A stretch of DNA of 64,000 nt, from the IMG/VR virus record IMGVR_UViG_3300029319_009270, positions 26,545 to 90,544 of that record, one strand, 5' to 3'. Every line of letters starts with the position of its first letter. Position 1 is the stretch's first letter. Shown here piece after piece: positions 54,748 to 64,000 of the stretch. This DNA comes from a virus. The notes beneath the pieces are model-generated. The model was not told where the DNA came from and did not search any database. It saw nothing but the letters and a program-made list of their open reading frames with translations. Position numbers and translations under genes: made by a program.

Positions 54748-57251
54748 TTACTAGAACCACATGCTTTACAAATTACACAGCCCTCCTGGTACACTAGGCT
54801 ATCCTCGGCACCACAAGCATCACAATATTTGTCTCCACCTACAGTTCCGTCAGGTATATATTTTTTAAGACATCTGGCAATTACTTTTGAAAAAGAAAAC
54901 ATGTCTGCTTCTTTATCTTTTTGCAACTGCTCAACAACATATTGAATTGGAGCTCCGTGTCTTAATGATAAAGATAATTGTCTGGTGTATCCTCCATGAT
55001 TGGGATTTGAAAATACAGACACAACGTCTTTAATAATTAGTTCATCTTCGCCCTCTCCAAAAAATAAATCATATTTTGACAAGGCTGTTTTTCTTGGACG
55101 CTTTCTTATCTTACCGTACTTATATTTTTTAGGTATTTCAACGTATTCGCTTAATCCACCAATTACCTCATATGGGCGACCTTGTAATAATCCGATGAGA
55201 ACTGTCCATTTTTCACCCTTGATTGTTACATGATGTATTTCGCAATTAAGCGTTTCAGGTCTTTTCGGGGCAGAAACATCAACAAATTTTACCTCCCCTC
55301 GATCTTTTTCTTCATTTTTACTTTCATTACTAACAAGTACACCTGATCTAGAACCATCCCTATAAACAGTGATTCCCTTGCAACCAGTTTCCCAACCCAT
55401 CATATAGACTCTTTTTACTGTTTCAATATCAATATCTGCAGGTAAATTTGTAGTATTTGATATTGCGTGACAAATCCACTTTTGAGCAGCAGCTTGCATT
55501 TTTACTTTATTAACCCAGTTAATTTCTGTTGCTGTTGCACATGAATACGGGCTATGAGAAACTGCTTCCTCAGGACTATCCTTATCCCATTCACAATCCG
55601 GATCTGTCGATTCCATCCATTCTTTAAATTTATGATGGTATACTATAAATTCTGACCATTTATCACCTAAATCATCAACGAAATCAACTGAAGCTGTTTT
55701 ATCATTAGGATTAATTTTCTTTCTGCGCTTATAATGTAACATATACGCAGGCTCGATACCACTTGTTGTTTGTGTCAAAACTGATACTGAACCTGCCGGT
55801 GCTGTTGTTGTGTTTGCAATATTACGGCGACCATATTTTGCATAGTCTTCTATTCTTTCAGGTAATAGCTCTGATATAACTCTGTCAAGAAAAGGATGCT
55901 TATCCTCTTTTTCAAAATCCCATATTGGAAAAGAACCTCTTTCCTTGGCCAAGAGAATAGACGATTCATATGAATTAAGAGCTAGCCACTTGTAAATTTC
56001 TTCAGTAACTTCAACTGATTTTTCAGATCCGTATTGAATACCTAACATGGCTAATGCATCACCTAATCCGGTTATACCTAGTCCTGTTCTTCTTCCACGA
56101 ACAGCAGCATCTTTAATTTTTTTCCAAAGATTTTTCTCATAAAACTTAACATCATCAGGTTCTGGATCGCTTTCAATTTTATTTAATATCTTATCAACGT
56201 GTTCTATTTCTAAGTCAATCATATCGTCCATTAACCTTTGTGCTTTTTGAACGATATTAGCAAATTTACCATAATCAAATTCAGCAGATTTTGTCCAAGG
56301 GTTTTCAACAAATGACACTAAATTAACTAGCATCAACCTGCAGCTATCATAAGGAGACAAGACAATCTCTCCACATGGGTTTGTAGATACTGATCCGAAA
56401 CCCTCATCTTCATAAATATCTGAAGGTGTCATACTTTTGGCAGTATCCCAAAAAAGAACACCTGGTTCTGCAGAAGCGTGTGCGCCTTCAATAAGCGCGT
56501 TCCAAACGTCTATTGCATAAATATCAGTATTCACAATTTCTGGTTCTATGGCATCAACTGGCCATCTTTGTTGATATCGCTGGCCGTGTTTAACTGCTTC
56601 CATAAATTCATCTGTAACACGTACTGATATATTGGCACCTGTCACTTTTGTTAGATCACGTTTAATTTTTATAAAATCCATAACTTGCGGATGATGAACT
56701 GATATCGTGAGCATTAATGCACCTCGACGACCACCTTGTGCTACTTCTCGACATGTATTAGAGAACCTTTCCATAAAGACCTCAATACCATCTGTTGTTT
56801 TTGCAGCGTTTGCCGTGGATAACCCGCGAGGTCTAATAGTAGATATATCAAACCCAATACCACCGCGCCTTTTTGCAATTTGAGCGAGTTCCTGATCTGT
56901 TTTAAGAATTCCTGCGTATGAATCACAAGGTGCCTCCACCACAAAACAATTTGAAAGAGATTGAATTTTTGTATCATTTCCAATACCACTCATAGGAGAA
57001 CCTTGTGGCACCACATATCTAAAATCTTTAAATAGACCATATATCTCATGACGATTCATAGGATTGGGATATTTCGCCTCTATTCTTGATAACTCCCTAG
57101 CCATTCTCTTATGCATGTCGACAGGTGTTTTTTCTAGATAGTTCCCTTGTTTATCTTGAAGTGCATATTTTCCTAAAAAAACACTGGTTGCTAATTCATC
57201 TCCCTTAAAATACTCTAAAGATGCTGCATATGCCTCATCATAATCATACAT
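54738..57251 (-). CDS. nrdJ: Class II (adenosylcobalamin-dependent) ribonucleotide reductase
   Basis: KYAL, SNCFV, RRGGIG, GGRRGALM, TNPCGEI, TTAPAG, KGITVYRDGSR and C-terminal Zn ribbon; no beta subunit nearby. Confidence 0.93.
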   Translation of the reverse strand: MYDYDEAYAASLEYFKGDELATSVFLGKYALQDKQGNYLEKTPVDMHKRMARELSRIEAKYPNPMNRHEIYGLFKDFRYVVPQGSPMSGIGNDTKIQSLSNCFVVEAPCDSYAGILKTDQELAQIAKRRGGIGFDISTIRPRGLSTANAAKTTDGIEVFMERFSNTCREVAQGGRRGALMLTISVHHPQVMDFIKIKRDLTKVTGANISVRVTDEFMEAVKHGQRYQQRWPVDAIEPEIVNTDIYAIDVWNALIEGAHASAEPGVLFWDTAKSMTPSDIYEDEGFGSVSTNPCGEIVLSPYDSCRLMLVNLVSFVENPWTKSAEFDYGKFANIVQKAQRLMDDMIDLEIEHVDKILNKIESDPEPDDVKFYEKNLWKKIKDAAVRGRRTGLGITGLGDALAMLGIQYGSEKSVEVTEEIYKWLALNSYESSILLAKERGSFPIWDFEKEDKHPFLDRVISELLPERIEDYAKYGRRNIANTTTAPAGSVSVLTQTTSGIEPAYMLHYKRRKKINPNDKTASVDFVDDLGDKWSEFIVYHHKFKEWMESTDPDCEWDKDSPEEAVSHSPYSCATATEINWVNKVKMQAAAQKWICHAISNTTNLPADIDIETVKRVYMMGWETGCKGITVYRDGSRSGVLVSNESKNEEKDRGEVKFVDVSAPKRPETLNCEIHHVTIKGEKWTVLIGLLQGRPYEVIGGLSEYVEIPKKYKYGKIRKRPRKTALSKYDLFFGEGEDELIIKDVVSVFSNPNHGGYTRQLSLSLRHGAPIQYVVEQLQKDKEADMFSFSKVIARCLKKYIPDGTVGGDKYCDACGAEDSLVYQEGCVICKACGSSKCG

Positions 57252-57260
57252 ATTATTCTC

Positions 57261-58643
57261 CTAATTGCTTGTAATTTCTTTCCATTTTGATTTCAATAGT
57301 GATCTCGCGTTGTTATTTGACGATTGTACAGCGTCCGCCATAGAAAGTTCACCAATATCTTCAATTATTCTTATTTTTGACATGCTAGTGTCTATTTTTA
57401 TAGGAAAAAGTATACCATCCCTACCTGCTCTGTTTTTTGCAACAAAAAGTCGGGCTAAACCAGATGATTTTTCTGTTTCCTTTCTAGACATTGTTAGTAC
57501 AACATCTGCGACTTGTGCTTTACCATAAGACTCACCCATGTTAGTTAACCCTACAACATCTTTTTCAGATCCTTCTTTATTAGATTGTGATGCAGTCCAA
57601 ATAGGAATATTTAGTTCACCAGAGAGATTTCTTAATTCTTCATATATTAATTTAAGTTCGTGTCTTAAAGAGTCATATTGACGAGAAGATCTCATAATGT
57701 CTGCATAGTCAATCATTACAACACTTGGCTTAAAGCCTTTCATTGATAGTTTTTCAATGTGATTTCTAATTGTCATAACTGAAGCGGAACCCGTTGGATA
57801 TTCTTTAATTATCAATCGTCCGTACTGACTTTCTTCATAAATTTTCTTTATTTTTTCTTTATTTTCTTTGACATCACTAGATGGAATACTACAAAGGTTT
57901 GAGTCATATCGAATACCTACAGCAGACTCGCTTAATTCAAATGTATAGTGTAAAACATTCTTACCAACCTTCAAGGCTGCGGCACCTAAGTTGACTAGAA
58001 AATGAGACTTACCCACCCCTGTCGGAGCAACAATAACACCTAATTCACCTCGAGCCAGTCCTCCGTTTAGTATGTCTTTTTTATCTAAATGTGCTAGCCC
58101 TGTAGGGCATGTAATTCTAGCTATGTGATGAAATCTAGCTTCAAAATCTTCAAAGAAATCATGTCCAACTGTATCACTATTACCTAAACTAATCGCTTCT
58201 TTCATTAAATCAATGATCGGTTCATATGTTTCGGAAGCAACTAGCGTTACAGCTTGCTCTAATGCACCTTTAATCGCTTGCTTTTTACAAAAATCTAATG
58301 TTTTATCTTTAACATACGCTAAGTCACCTGGGTTCGGATTATGTTTTGCACGTTGAAGATACTCGATAATCTGATTTCTTAGCGCAACATCACTACCCTC
58401 CCTTAGTTCGTCCTTTATCATTGTAACTAGCAATGAGAGCGTTGGAAATGTTTTATATTCGTTATGATAATCAAAATATCTTAAGCAAAGATATTTTAAG
58501 TACTTTACTTCAAAATAATCTGCTGTCATAACCTCATTCATTTGAGCTGCCCAACGATGATCATTAAGTAAGCATTGAAATATTTTTTCTTGAAAGTCTT
58601 TACCGTATTGTGAAAAATAAGAATTCATAGGTCCTGCGTTCAA
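57261..58643 (-). CDS. dnaB: Replicative DNA helicase (DnaB/gp41-like)
   Basis: APTGVGKS, YTFELSE, IDYAD, WTASQ and KNR.G. Confidence 0.93.
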   Translation of the reverse strand: MNAGPMNSYFSQYGKDFQEKIFQCLLNDHRWAAQMNEVMTADYFEVKYLKYLCLRYFDYHNEYKTFPTLSLLVTMIKDELREGSDVALRNQIIEYLQRAKHNPNPGDLAYVKDKTLDFCKKQAIKGALEQAVTLVASETYEPIIDLMKEAISLGNSDTVGHDFFEDFEARFHHIARITCPTGLAHLDKKDILNGGLARGELGVIVAPTGVGKSHFLVNLGAAALKVGKNVLHYTFELSESAVGIRYDSNLCSIPSSDVKENKEKIKKIYEESQYGRLIIKEYPTGSASVMTIRNHIEKLSMKGFKPSVVMIDYADIMRSSRQYDSLRHELKLIYEELRNLSGELNIPIWTASQSNKEGSEKDVVGLTNMGESYGKAQVADVVLTMSRKETEKSSGLARLFVAKNRAGRDGILFPIKIDTSMSKIRIIEDIGELSMADAVQSSNNNARSLLKSKWKEITSN

Positions 58644-58646
58644 TTG

Positions 58647-59594
58647 TTACCTCGCTAGAGATTTGAGTGATAAAAATAAATGATCAACATTTACGTTGTT
58701 TATGCCTAACTTCAATAAAAATCTTATCATACCAAATTTATTATTTACACTTTTATCATTCTCATAAATTGTATTAATTTTTTTGATATGTTCAAAACTT
58801 AAATTATTAGTATCTAGTCTGACTAACCTCCAATTTCTTCTTACAAGCAACTCATTCTTTACTAGTCTTTCTGAACTTAGAGACTGCTTTTTCGAATGCA
58901 CTTTCTTTGCGTGCTCGAATAGTTCATCTAATGTTAATTCGTGTGACGACGTTGTCTCTGGTATTAATTTTGCAAGGCTCTTATATGATAGTCCTTTCAC
59001 GCCTTTAATGTTGTCAGATTTATCACCTGCAATGCTTTTTGCTAAACAAAAATTTTCAACTGATACTTTATATTTTTCTGTTACTGTTTTTTTATTGACA
59101 AAAGATTTTAAAGTTGGAGAATATATTATTGTCTTATTGTCTAGAAGTTGATAGTAGTCATGATCTGAGGAAACAATTACTTTTCTTTGATCTTTAAATG
59201 TGTATTTTGTCATGTAAGCAATTGCATCATCAGCTTCACATCCTTGAATGTATATCTGCCTAACTGCCGTATTTTTTAATGCTTCAACTATTATTCTTAC
59301 TTGATTTTTTTTATTTGATATAGTATCCGGAATATCTTCATAATACCGATTAAGTTTCATCGGTTTTCTATTCTTTTTATAATCTTTAAATATGCCTCTT
59401 TTTTTTATCGACCCACCACTTTCCCATATTACATAAATTTCAGAAGGTCCAATCTTTTCTGATAGTCTCGTTATTGTATTTATAAATCCTACAATACCGC
59501 CTACCTGATCACCATTTTGTGACATTGCAGGATGAGCGGCATAGTGACGCATAAATAAATTGAGACCGTCAATAATCATCGCCGGTCTTTCCAT
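58647..59594 (-). CDS. Second 5'-3' exonuclease / flap endonuclease
   Basis: IIDGLNLF, YKKNR, EADDAI, SSDHDY and GDKSDNIKGV. Confidence 0.92.
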   Translation of the reverse strand: MERPAMIIDGLNLFMRHYAAHPAMSQNGDQVGGIVGFINTITRLSEKIGPSEIYVIWESGGSIKKRGIFKDYKKNRKPMKLNRYYEDIPDTISNKKNQVRIIVEALKNTAVRQIYIQGCEADDAIAYMTKYTFKDQRKVIVSSDHDYYQLLDNKTIIYSPTLKSFVNKKTVTEKYKVSVENFCLAKSIAGDKSDNIKGVKGLSYKSLAKLIPETTSSHELTLDELFEHAKKVHSKKQSLSSERLVKNELLVRRNWRLVRLDTNNLSFEHIKKINTIYENDKSVNNKFGMIRFLLKLGINNVNVDHLFLSLKSLAR

Positions 59595-59604
59595 ATTTTA
59601 CCCC

Positions 59605-60801
59605 CTAATCAAACATATTTTCATCTAATTCCATACTTAACGACCTAACATCCTCGTATGAGTCTGTGTCTATATCAATATTTTCTGCGCTGGCCATTAC
59701 TTTTGTCATCGCTTTTTCAAGTAATCCATCGATGTAAGGAATATATTCTATATTTGTCATTAATTCATTAAAGTTATTCTTGCGAAATTTTTTCTCAATA
59801 ATCACTTCACCAGTTCTAGTATCAGCAACTTGAAAAGTTTTCCACTGACTTGTACCTTTTACGCAAACGCTATAATGTTCCATAACTATATCTTCGCCGT
59901 GTTTCCTTAAAACATCAAATATTTCTTCGTGTTCTACGATCCCTTTTCCAAAGTGTATTTGAAAGTTAATTGTTCTAAAGGGCGGCGCAACCTTATTTTT
60001 CACAGTTTTTGCTGATACATTGATGCCTATGACATCTTCCCCTTCTTTGATTTGCTGACCCGCACCCAATTTGACTCGTATAGATGAGTGAAAAGGGATT
60101 GCCTTACCTCCGGGTGTAGTAGTAGGATCTCCATACATAACTCCAATTTTTGTCCTAATTTGATTTAAAATAACAAAGAGGCTATTGGTTTGACCAATTA
60201 CACCTGTAATTTTGCGCATACCTTTTGATATAGCACGCGCCTGTAAACCTATAGTCTCTTTATCGTAGTCGCCTAATAATTCAGCCTTCGGTGATGATGC
60301 GGCTACTGAGTCCCAGATTATAGTCAGCGGAACATCTTTGTTTAATGCTTTGGCTTTTAATATTGTAGATTCAGCAATACTCAACACCTCTTCTGTACAG
60401 TGTGTATCTACATACACGAATCGTTTACTAACGTCGACACCTAGCATCTGTAAATTTTCAACACTTGTCGCATTTTCAGTGTCAATATAAACTACAATCC
60501 CACCCATTTTTTGAGTGCTTCTAGCGATCTGTGTTGCGATATGACTCTTTCCAATTGATGGTGGTCCGAATATTTCAACAATTCTGCCTTCTGGAAAGCC
60601 TCCATTTTTTCTATTTGAACAAATATAATCAAAAAGTCTAGATCCTGTGCTAATCCATCTTTTTACATGCGTTGGAGATTCATCCTCTGCTAAATTATAA
60701 GCTACACGCGAACCATGATCTTTATTTAAAGACTTAATTAAATCTGATGTAAAATCATCTTGCAAACCAGGCTTTGCATCTTCTTTATTTTTTTTGGGCA
60801 T
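59605..60801 (-). CDS. recA: RecA/UvsX recombinase
   Basis: GRIVEIFGPPSIGKS, YIDTE, WDSVA, NQIR, TPGG and KNKVAPPF. Confidence 0.96.
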   Translation of the reverse strand: MPKKNKEDAKPGLQDDFTSDLIKSLNKDHGSRVAYNLAEDESPTHVKRWISTGSRLFDYICSNRKNGGFPEGRIVEIFGPPSIGKSHIATQIARSTQKMGGIVVYIDTENATSVENLQMLGVDVSKRFVYVDTHCTEEVLSIAESTILKAKALNKDVPLTIIWDSVAASSPKAELLGDYDKETIGLQARAISKGMRKITGVIGQTNSLFVILNQIRTKIGVMYGDPTTTPGGKAIPFHSSIRVKLGAGQQIKEGEDVIGINVSAKTVKNKVAPPFRTINFQIHFGKGIVEHEEIFDVLRKHGEDIVMEHYSVCVKGTSQWKTFQVADTRTGEVIIEKKFRKNNFNELMTNIEYIPYIDGLLEKAMTKVMASAENIDIDTDSYEDVRSLSMELDENMFD

Positions 60802-60822
60802 ATTATCTCCTTTGTTATAAAG

Positions 60823-60851
60823 ATAATATAAAAAAAATAGAAAATTTACAA
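60823..60851 (-). promoter_or_regulatory. Putative class-1 promoter TTGTAA-N17-TATTAT for the recA-exonuclease-helicase-nrdJ unit
   Basis: Motif and spacing. Confidence 0.55.
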
Positions 60852-60875
60852 TATAACTTATTTTTAAAGCAAATT

Positions 60876-62768
60876 TTATCCGGCGAAACCACTACGAGCC
60901 GCAGCTGATTGACTAAACTCCTCACGACGTCGTGCGTCGACTGCTTCTGTATCCATTTCAATCTGTTCATCTCTAACATCTTGAAAAGCACCAATAACTG
61001 CTGCCAAAATAGGTTGCCAAACTTTTGGATCTTTGGCACCTCCCAAATAGGCCTTCCACAATTCCAAAACTTTTCCAGGCGCTTTGACAGCTACTATTTG
61101 CAATGATTCAATTATACCTTTCCCTGACGCTTTTGTTATTGCTTCTACAACAGGCTTAGCTTCAGGAGCTGCTTCTAATGCTTCGCCTAATATTCTTGCA
61201 AATTTTCTTCCACCCAAGACAGTTTCTAACTCTCCCAATGTTATCCTAGCTGTTTTACCATCTGGCAGAATAACTCGAACTGCAAATTTACCCCCACCTT
61301 TTGAGGCCATTGGAGCGCCTGCTATTTTGATTGTAGATCCGGGCTTTAGTTTTGATAGTGTACCCACCCCTCTTGTCGCTTGAGTACCTCTACCCGATAT
61401 CTTTCCAACTTTAAAAGTGTTGCCTGCTAATACTTTATTCAGCGAAGATCTAACTGCAGGAACTCCATTGATCAATTCATCAACTGTTTTAGTTAAAGCT
61501 GCTGATGCTGTCTTACTTAACTTTGTTGCTTCTTTTGCAGCACCTAAAGCCTTTTGGAAAGCAGCAGCGTCATCAGGGCCCAGATGTTTAGCTACATTTT
61601 TAGCAATTCTTGGGTTTTGTTTTAGAAGTGAAGTTAACACTGTGCCTTCAACTACTTCTCCACCTTTGAGAATTAATTTACCATCAGCAGTTAACTTTGT
61701 TACTTCTTTACCTGCGTGTAAACCAGATTGAACTTTACCTTTAACAGCAACCTCTTTACCAATCTTTGCTGTGATAGCAAGTACTTCATCTGACGCTTTT
61801 GCCGCAGCTTTTCCAGCTGTCTCTATAGTTTTCTTGTTAGCTGCAATTGCAGTTTTAGCTGTCTTCGCCTGTGCAGGAGTTATTTTTCCAGCATCTACTG
61901 CAAGATCAACTGCTGCCTCTGCTACATCATCAGCTGAGCCACCTTTAGCTGCCGTAAAAAAGCTTTTAATTTTTTTCAATATACCTGCAGACATGTCTTT
62001 TAACATTGTAATTATCTTACTAATCATTCCAGGTTCAGCTGCTCCTGACTCCTCTACTTTTTTTCCATTCTTAGTCAGCCACCCGATTAAATCATCAAGC
62101 CAACCTGTCGTTTTTTCCATCACTGGTGCAACAGATGCCAAATCATCAACATGCTTACCTGCTTCTTCTACAACTTCTCCAGCGACCTTGGCGCCAGCTG
62201 ACTCTGTTCTAAATATTGCTGTTATTTTAGAAAATATTCCCTGGGAAGCTAATTTTGTAGCATTAACACCTAGCTTTCCGGCTGTACCTGCTGCTTGACC
62301 CATTCCCTGTACAGCAAATGCAGCACTAAAGATAGCAGATAAAACGTTTAAAGCAGCACCAAGATTATCTGCTCTCTTAAGCGAATTATAAGCTCCTACA
62401 AGATAATAAATCGCTCCTGCTGCAGCAACACCAGCACCAACACCAGGAATAAACGATCCCAAACCAATAGCTACGTCAACACCAATATCAGTCCAAGCTC
62501 CTTCTTCGATTACCCGTCTAGGATCTCTTTTGTATTCTTGCAAAAATATTTTTGCTTTCCATTGATACTCTTCTCTCATCATTCTTGATGTTTTGTAATC
62601 TGGAATTAAATCAACTAAAACGAATCCATATAATCTTTCAAATTGTTCTACTTTGATTGATTCTAAAATAAGCGCATCTTGATATTTCTCTACTAAGCTT
62701 CTATTTTCAACTAGCCATCTGAATGACTCGTAATCAGCATTGCTTAACATGGTTGAATTATGTAACAT
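60876..62768 (-). CDS. Ala/Gly/Lys-rich protein with a hydrophobic pre-toxin-like hairpin (putative ejected virion protein)
   Basis: 630 aa; DVAIGLGSFIPGVGAGVAAAGAIYYL...GAALNVLSAIF; ATACTTAT upstream. Confidence 0.75.
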   Translation of the reverse strand: MLHNSTMLSNADYESFRWLVENRSLVEKYQDALILESIKVEQFERLYGFVLVDLIPDYKTSRMMREEYQWKAKIFLQEYKRDPRRVIEEGAWTDIGVDVAIGLGSFIPGVGAGVAAAGAIYYLVGAYNSLKRADNLGAALNVLSAIFSAAFAVQGMGQAAGTAGKLGVNATKLASQGIFSKITAIFRTESAGAKVAGEVVEEAGKHVDDLASVAPVMEKTTGWLDDLIGWLTKNGKKVEESGAAEPGMISKIITMLKDMSAGILKKIKSFFTAAKGGSADDVAEAAVDLAVDAGKITPAQAKTAKTAIAANKKTIETAGKAAAKASDEVLAITAKIGKEVAVKGKVQSGLHAGKEVTKLTADGKLILKGGEVVEGTVLTSLLKQNPRIAKNVAKHLGPDDAAAFQKALGAAKEATKLSKTASAALTKTVDELINGVPAVRSSLNKVLAGNTFKVGKISGRGTQATRGVGTLSKLKPGSTIKIAGAPMASKGGGKFAVRVILPDGKTARITLGELETVLGGRKFARILGEALEAAPEAKPVVEAITKASGKGIIESLQIVAVKAPGKVLELWKAYLGGAKDPKVWQPILAAVIGAFQDVRDEQIEMDTEAVDARRREEFSQSAAARSGFAG

Positions 62769-62807
62769 TATTTATCCTCATTTTTATTATAAGTATGTTG
62801 CAAAAAT

Positions 62808-62836
62808 AAAAAAATCCACACTTGTGTGTGGATTTT
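62808..62836. terminator. Rho-independent terminator after the SSB gene
   Basis: AAAATCCACA/TGTGGATTTT hairpin with an A-tract. Confidence 0.75.
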
Positions 62837-62861
62837 AAATCAATCAAAAAACTTGTTAATA

Positions 62862-63626
62862 CTAGTCTTCCATTAAATCAGCAAATGCATCATCAATATC
62901 GCTATAAGCTTTTGATTTATTTGGCGTGCTGCTTTTTGATGAAGTATGCTCTGTTCCTGTATCTTCTTCATCATCTCCTGTAAGCCAATCATTGACAATC
63001 TTACTAAGTTCATCATAAGACTTGCAGGAAAACATTTCTCCTGGATCAGGAATATTACCAAGCCACTCTTTAACTTTTTTACTATCTTTACTCAGTGCAG
63101 TAGATCGAGGTCGAGGTCTAACTTCAGTCATCGCATACTGCTGGCCTGGTCGCTTATTACAGCTTACCTTAATATCAAAACCGTCAGTAGGATCTGTTAT
63201 ATCACCATAATCTTCGTCTAGCATATAGTTAAGCAAAGTTTGATATACAGTTTTTCCAAAGGACCAGATTTGAACACCTTTTTCTTCTTCGCCTCTAACA
63301 ACGACTGCTGCATAGCATCGCATACTAGGATAAAGCTTCTTAGCAAGATCATAGCTTTCTTTTGTTCCGTCATCACGCAACTTTGTAATCAACTCTTGAA
63401 TTGGATCCTTTTCATTAAATTGATAAGGTGCCAACAAACCTCTTTGACCCGGAATATTATAATAAAACCAAAGTTCCTTAAAAGGTTGTCCTTCATTATT
63501 AGGAAAAGAAATAAGACGAACTGTATGTTCTTCACCTTCTGTTGGTCGCCACATTGTGTTACGAGACCTATTGTTTCCGCTAAGTTTATTCAGTTTAGCC
63601 CTGATTGCATCAAAATCGATAGCCAT
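62862..63626 (-). CDS. gp32-like single-stranded DNA-binding protein
   Basis: W.P..G...VRL, PF....FYY, DPI, GV.IW.FGK, DITDP..GFD and acidic tail DIDDAFADLMED; start at 63626 after GGAG. Confidence 0.88.
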   Translation of the reverse strand: MAIDFDAIRAKLNKLSGNNRSRNTMWRPTEGEEHTVRLISFPNNEGQPFKELWFYYNIPGQRGLLAPYQFNEKDPIQELITKLRDDGTKESYDLAKKLYPSMRCYAAVVVRGEEEKGVQIWSFGKTVYQTLLNYMLDEDYGDITDPTDGFDIKVSCNKRPGQQYAMTEVRPRPRSTALSKDSKKVKEWLGNIPDPGEMFSCKSYDELSKIVNDWLTGDDEEDTGTEHTSSKSSTPNKSKAYSDIDDAFADLMED

Positions 63627-63703
63627 GTTTTTCTCCATTTTTGTTTAATATCTAAATTTGTAATTTGCAAATTTCAATAGTGTAAAGTGCTTATTACTTT
63701 ATT

Positions 63704-63732
63704 AGTATACAAAAACATGTCTATGTTTACAT
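63704..63732 (-). promoter_or_regulatory. Putative class-1 promoter ATGTAA-N17-TATACT
   Basis: Motif and spacing. Confidence 0.6.
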
Positions 63733-63744
63733 TTTTTTTTAAAA

Positions 63745-63999
63745 TTATTTCCAACCAGGTTTCCAATTAGCTCTTTGTTTTTTTGTAGTAGGCGTGCCAT
63801 CAGCATTATAACCAAGCTTCATTCCGACACCAGCAACACCGCCTCCTGAATATTCACTGACTTCTTGTTCCTCATCAGCTTCTTCTTCTTTGTCTTCGTC
63901 AACAATTTTTACTGTTTCTTCTAAAGGCATTTTCATAATTCTAGCAAAAAATTCAATCAAAGATTCTTCCTTTTCATATAAAAGATTAGGATCCTCAGC
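63745..63999 (-). CDS. C-terminal part of an acidic hypothetical protein (5'-truncated)
   Basis: Frame stays open to the window end (AEDPNLLYEKEESLIEFF...EVSEYSGGGVAG). Confidence 0.7.
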   Translation of the reverse strand, partial: AEDPNLLYEKEESLIEFFARIMKMPLEETVKIVDEDKEEEADEEQEVSEYSGGGVAGVGMKLGYNADGTPTTKKQRANWKPGWK

Positions 64000-64000
64000 A

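Overview
This is a 64-kb segment of an AT-rich large (jumbo-type) tailed phage genome. Essentially every gene is on the minus strand and the standard bacterial genetic code fits. It encodes (i) a replication and recombination set: gp32-like SSB, RecA/UvsX, DnaB/gp41 helicase, two 5'-3' flap exonucleases, a DnaE-type C-family polymerase and a class II ribonucleotide reductase; (ii) a sigma-70 factor (partial), GroEL, ClpP-like, ClpS and J-domain proteins; (iii) three tRNAs, large repeat-rich tail/fibre proteins, an amidase endolysin, a holin/spanin-like cassette and many acidic putative head-internal proteins sharing an N-terminal motif. The most striking content is two nucleotide-metabolism clusters (about 15.0-19.5 kb and 31.9-39.5 kb) that look like an undescribed pyrimidine-modification pathway. 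They hold a dNMP kinase fused to a minimal ThyA-fold domain with the cytosine-selecting Asp but no folate-binding residues, a ThyX-fold protein with Cys replacing the active-site Ser, an NDT/MilB-like N-glycosidase, two all-alpha NTP pyrophosphatases, two NDP-sugar SDR enzymes, a sulfotransferase and three DNA glycosylases (MBD4-like, DenV-like, Fpg/Nei). GuaC plus a true PurA (not PurZ), dCMP deaminase and tRNAs for A-ending codons suggest adaptation of an AT-rich phage to a more GC-rich host. An unannotated MYXO-CTERM-like microprotein hints at a Myxococcota host. All functional calls come from motif recognition by eye; no searches were run.
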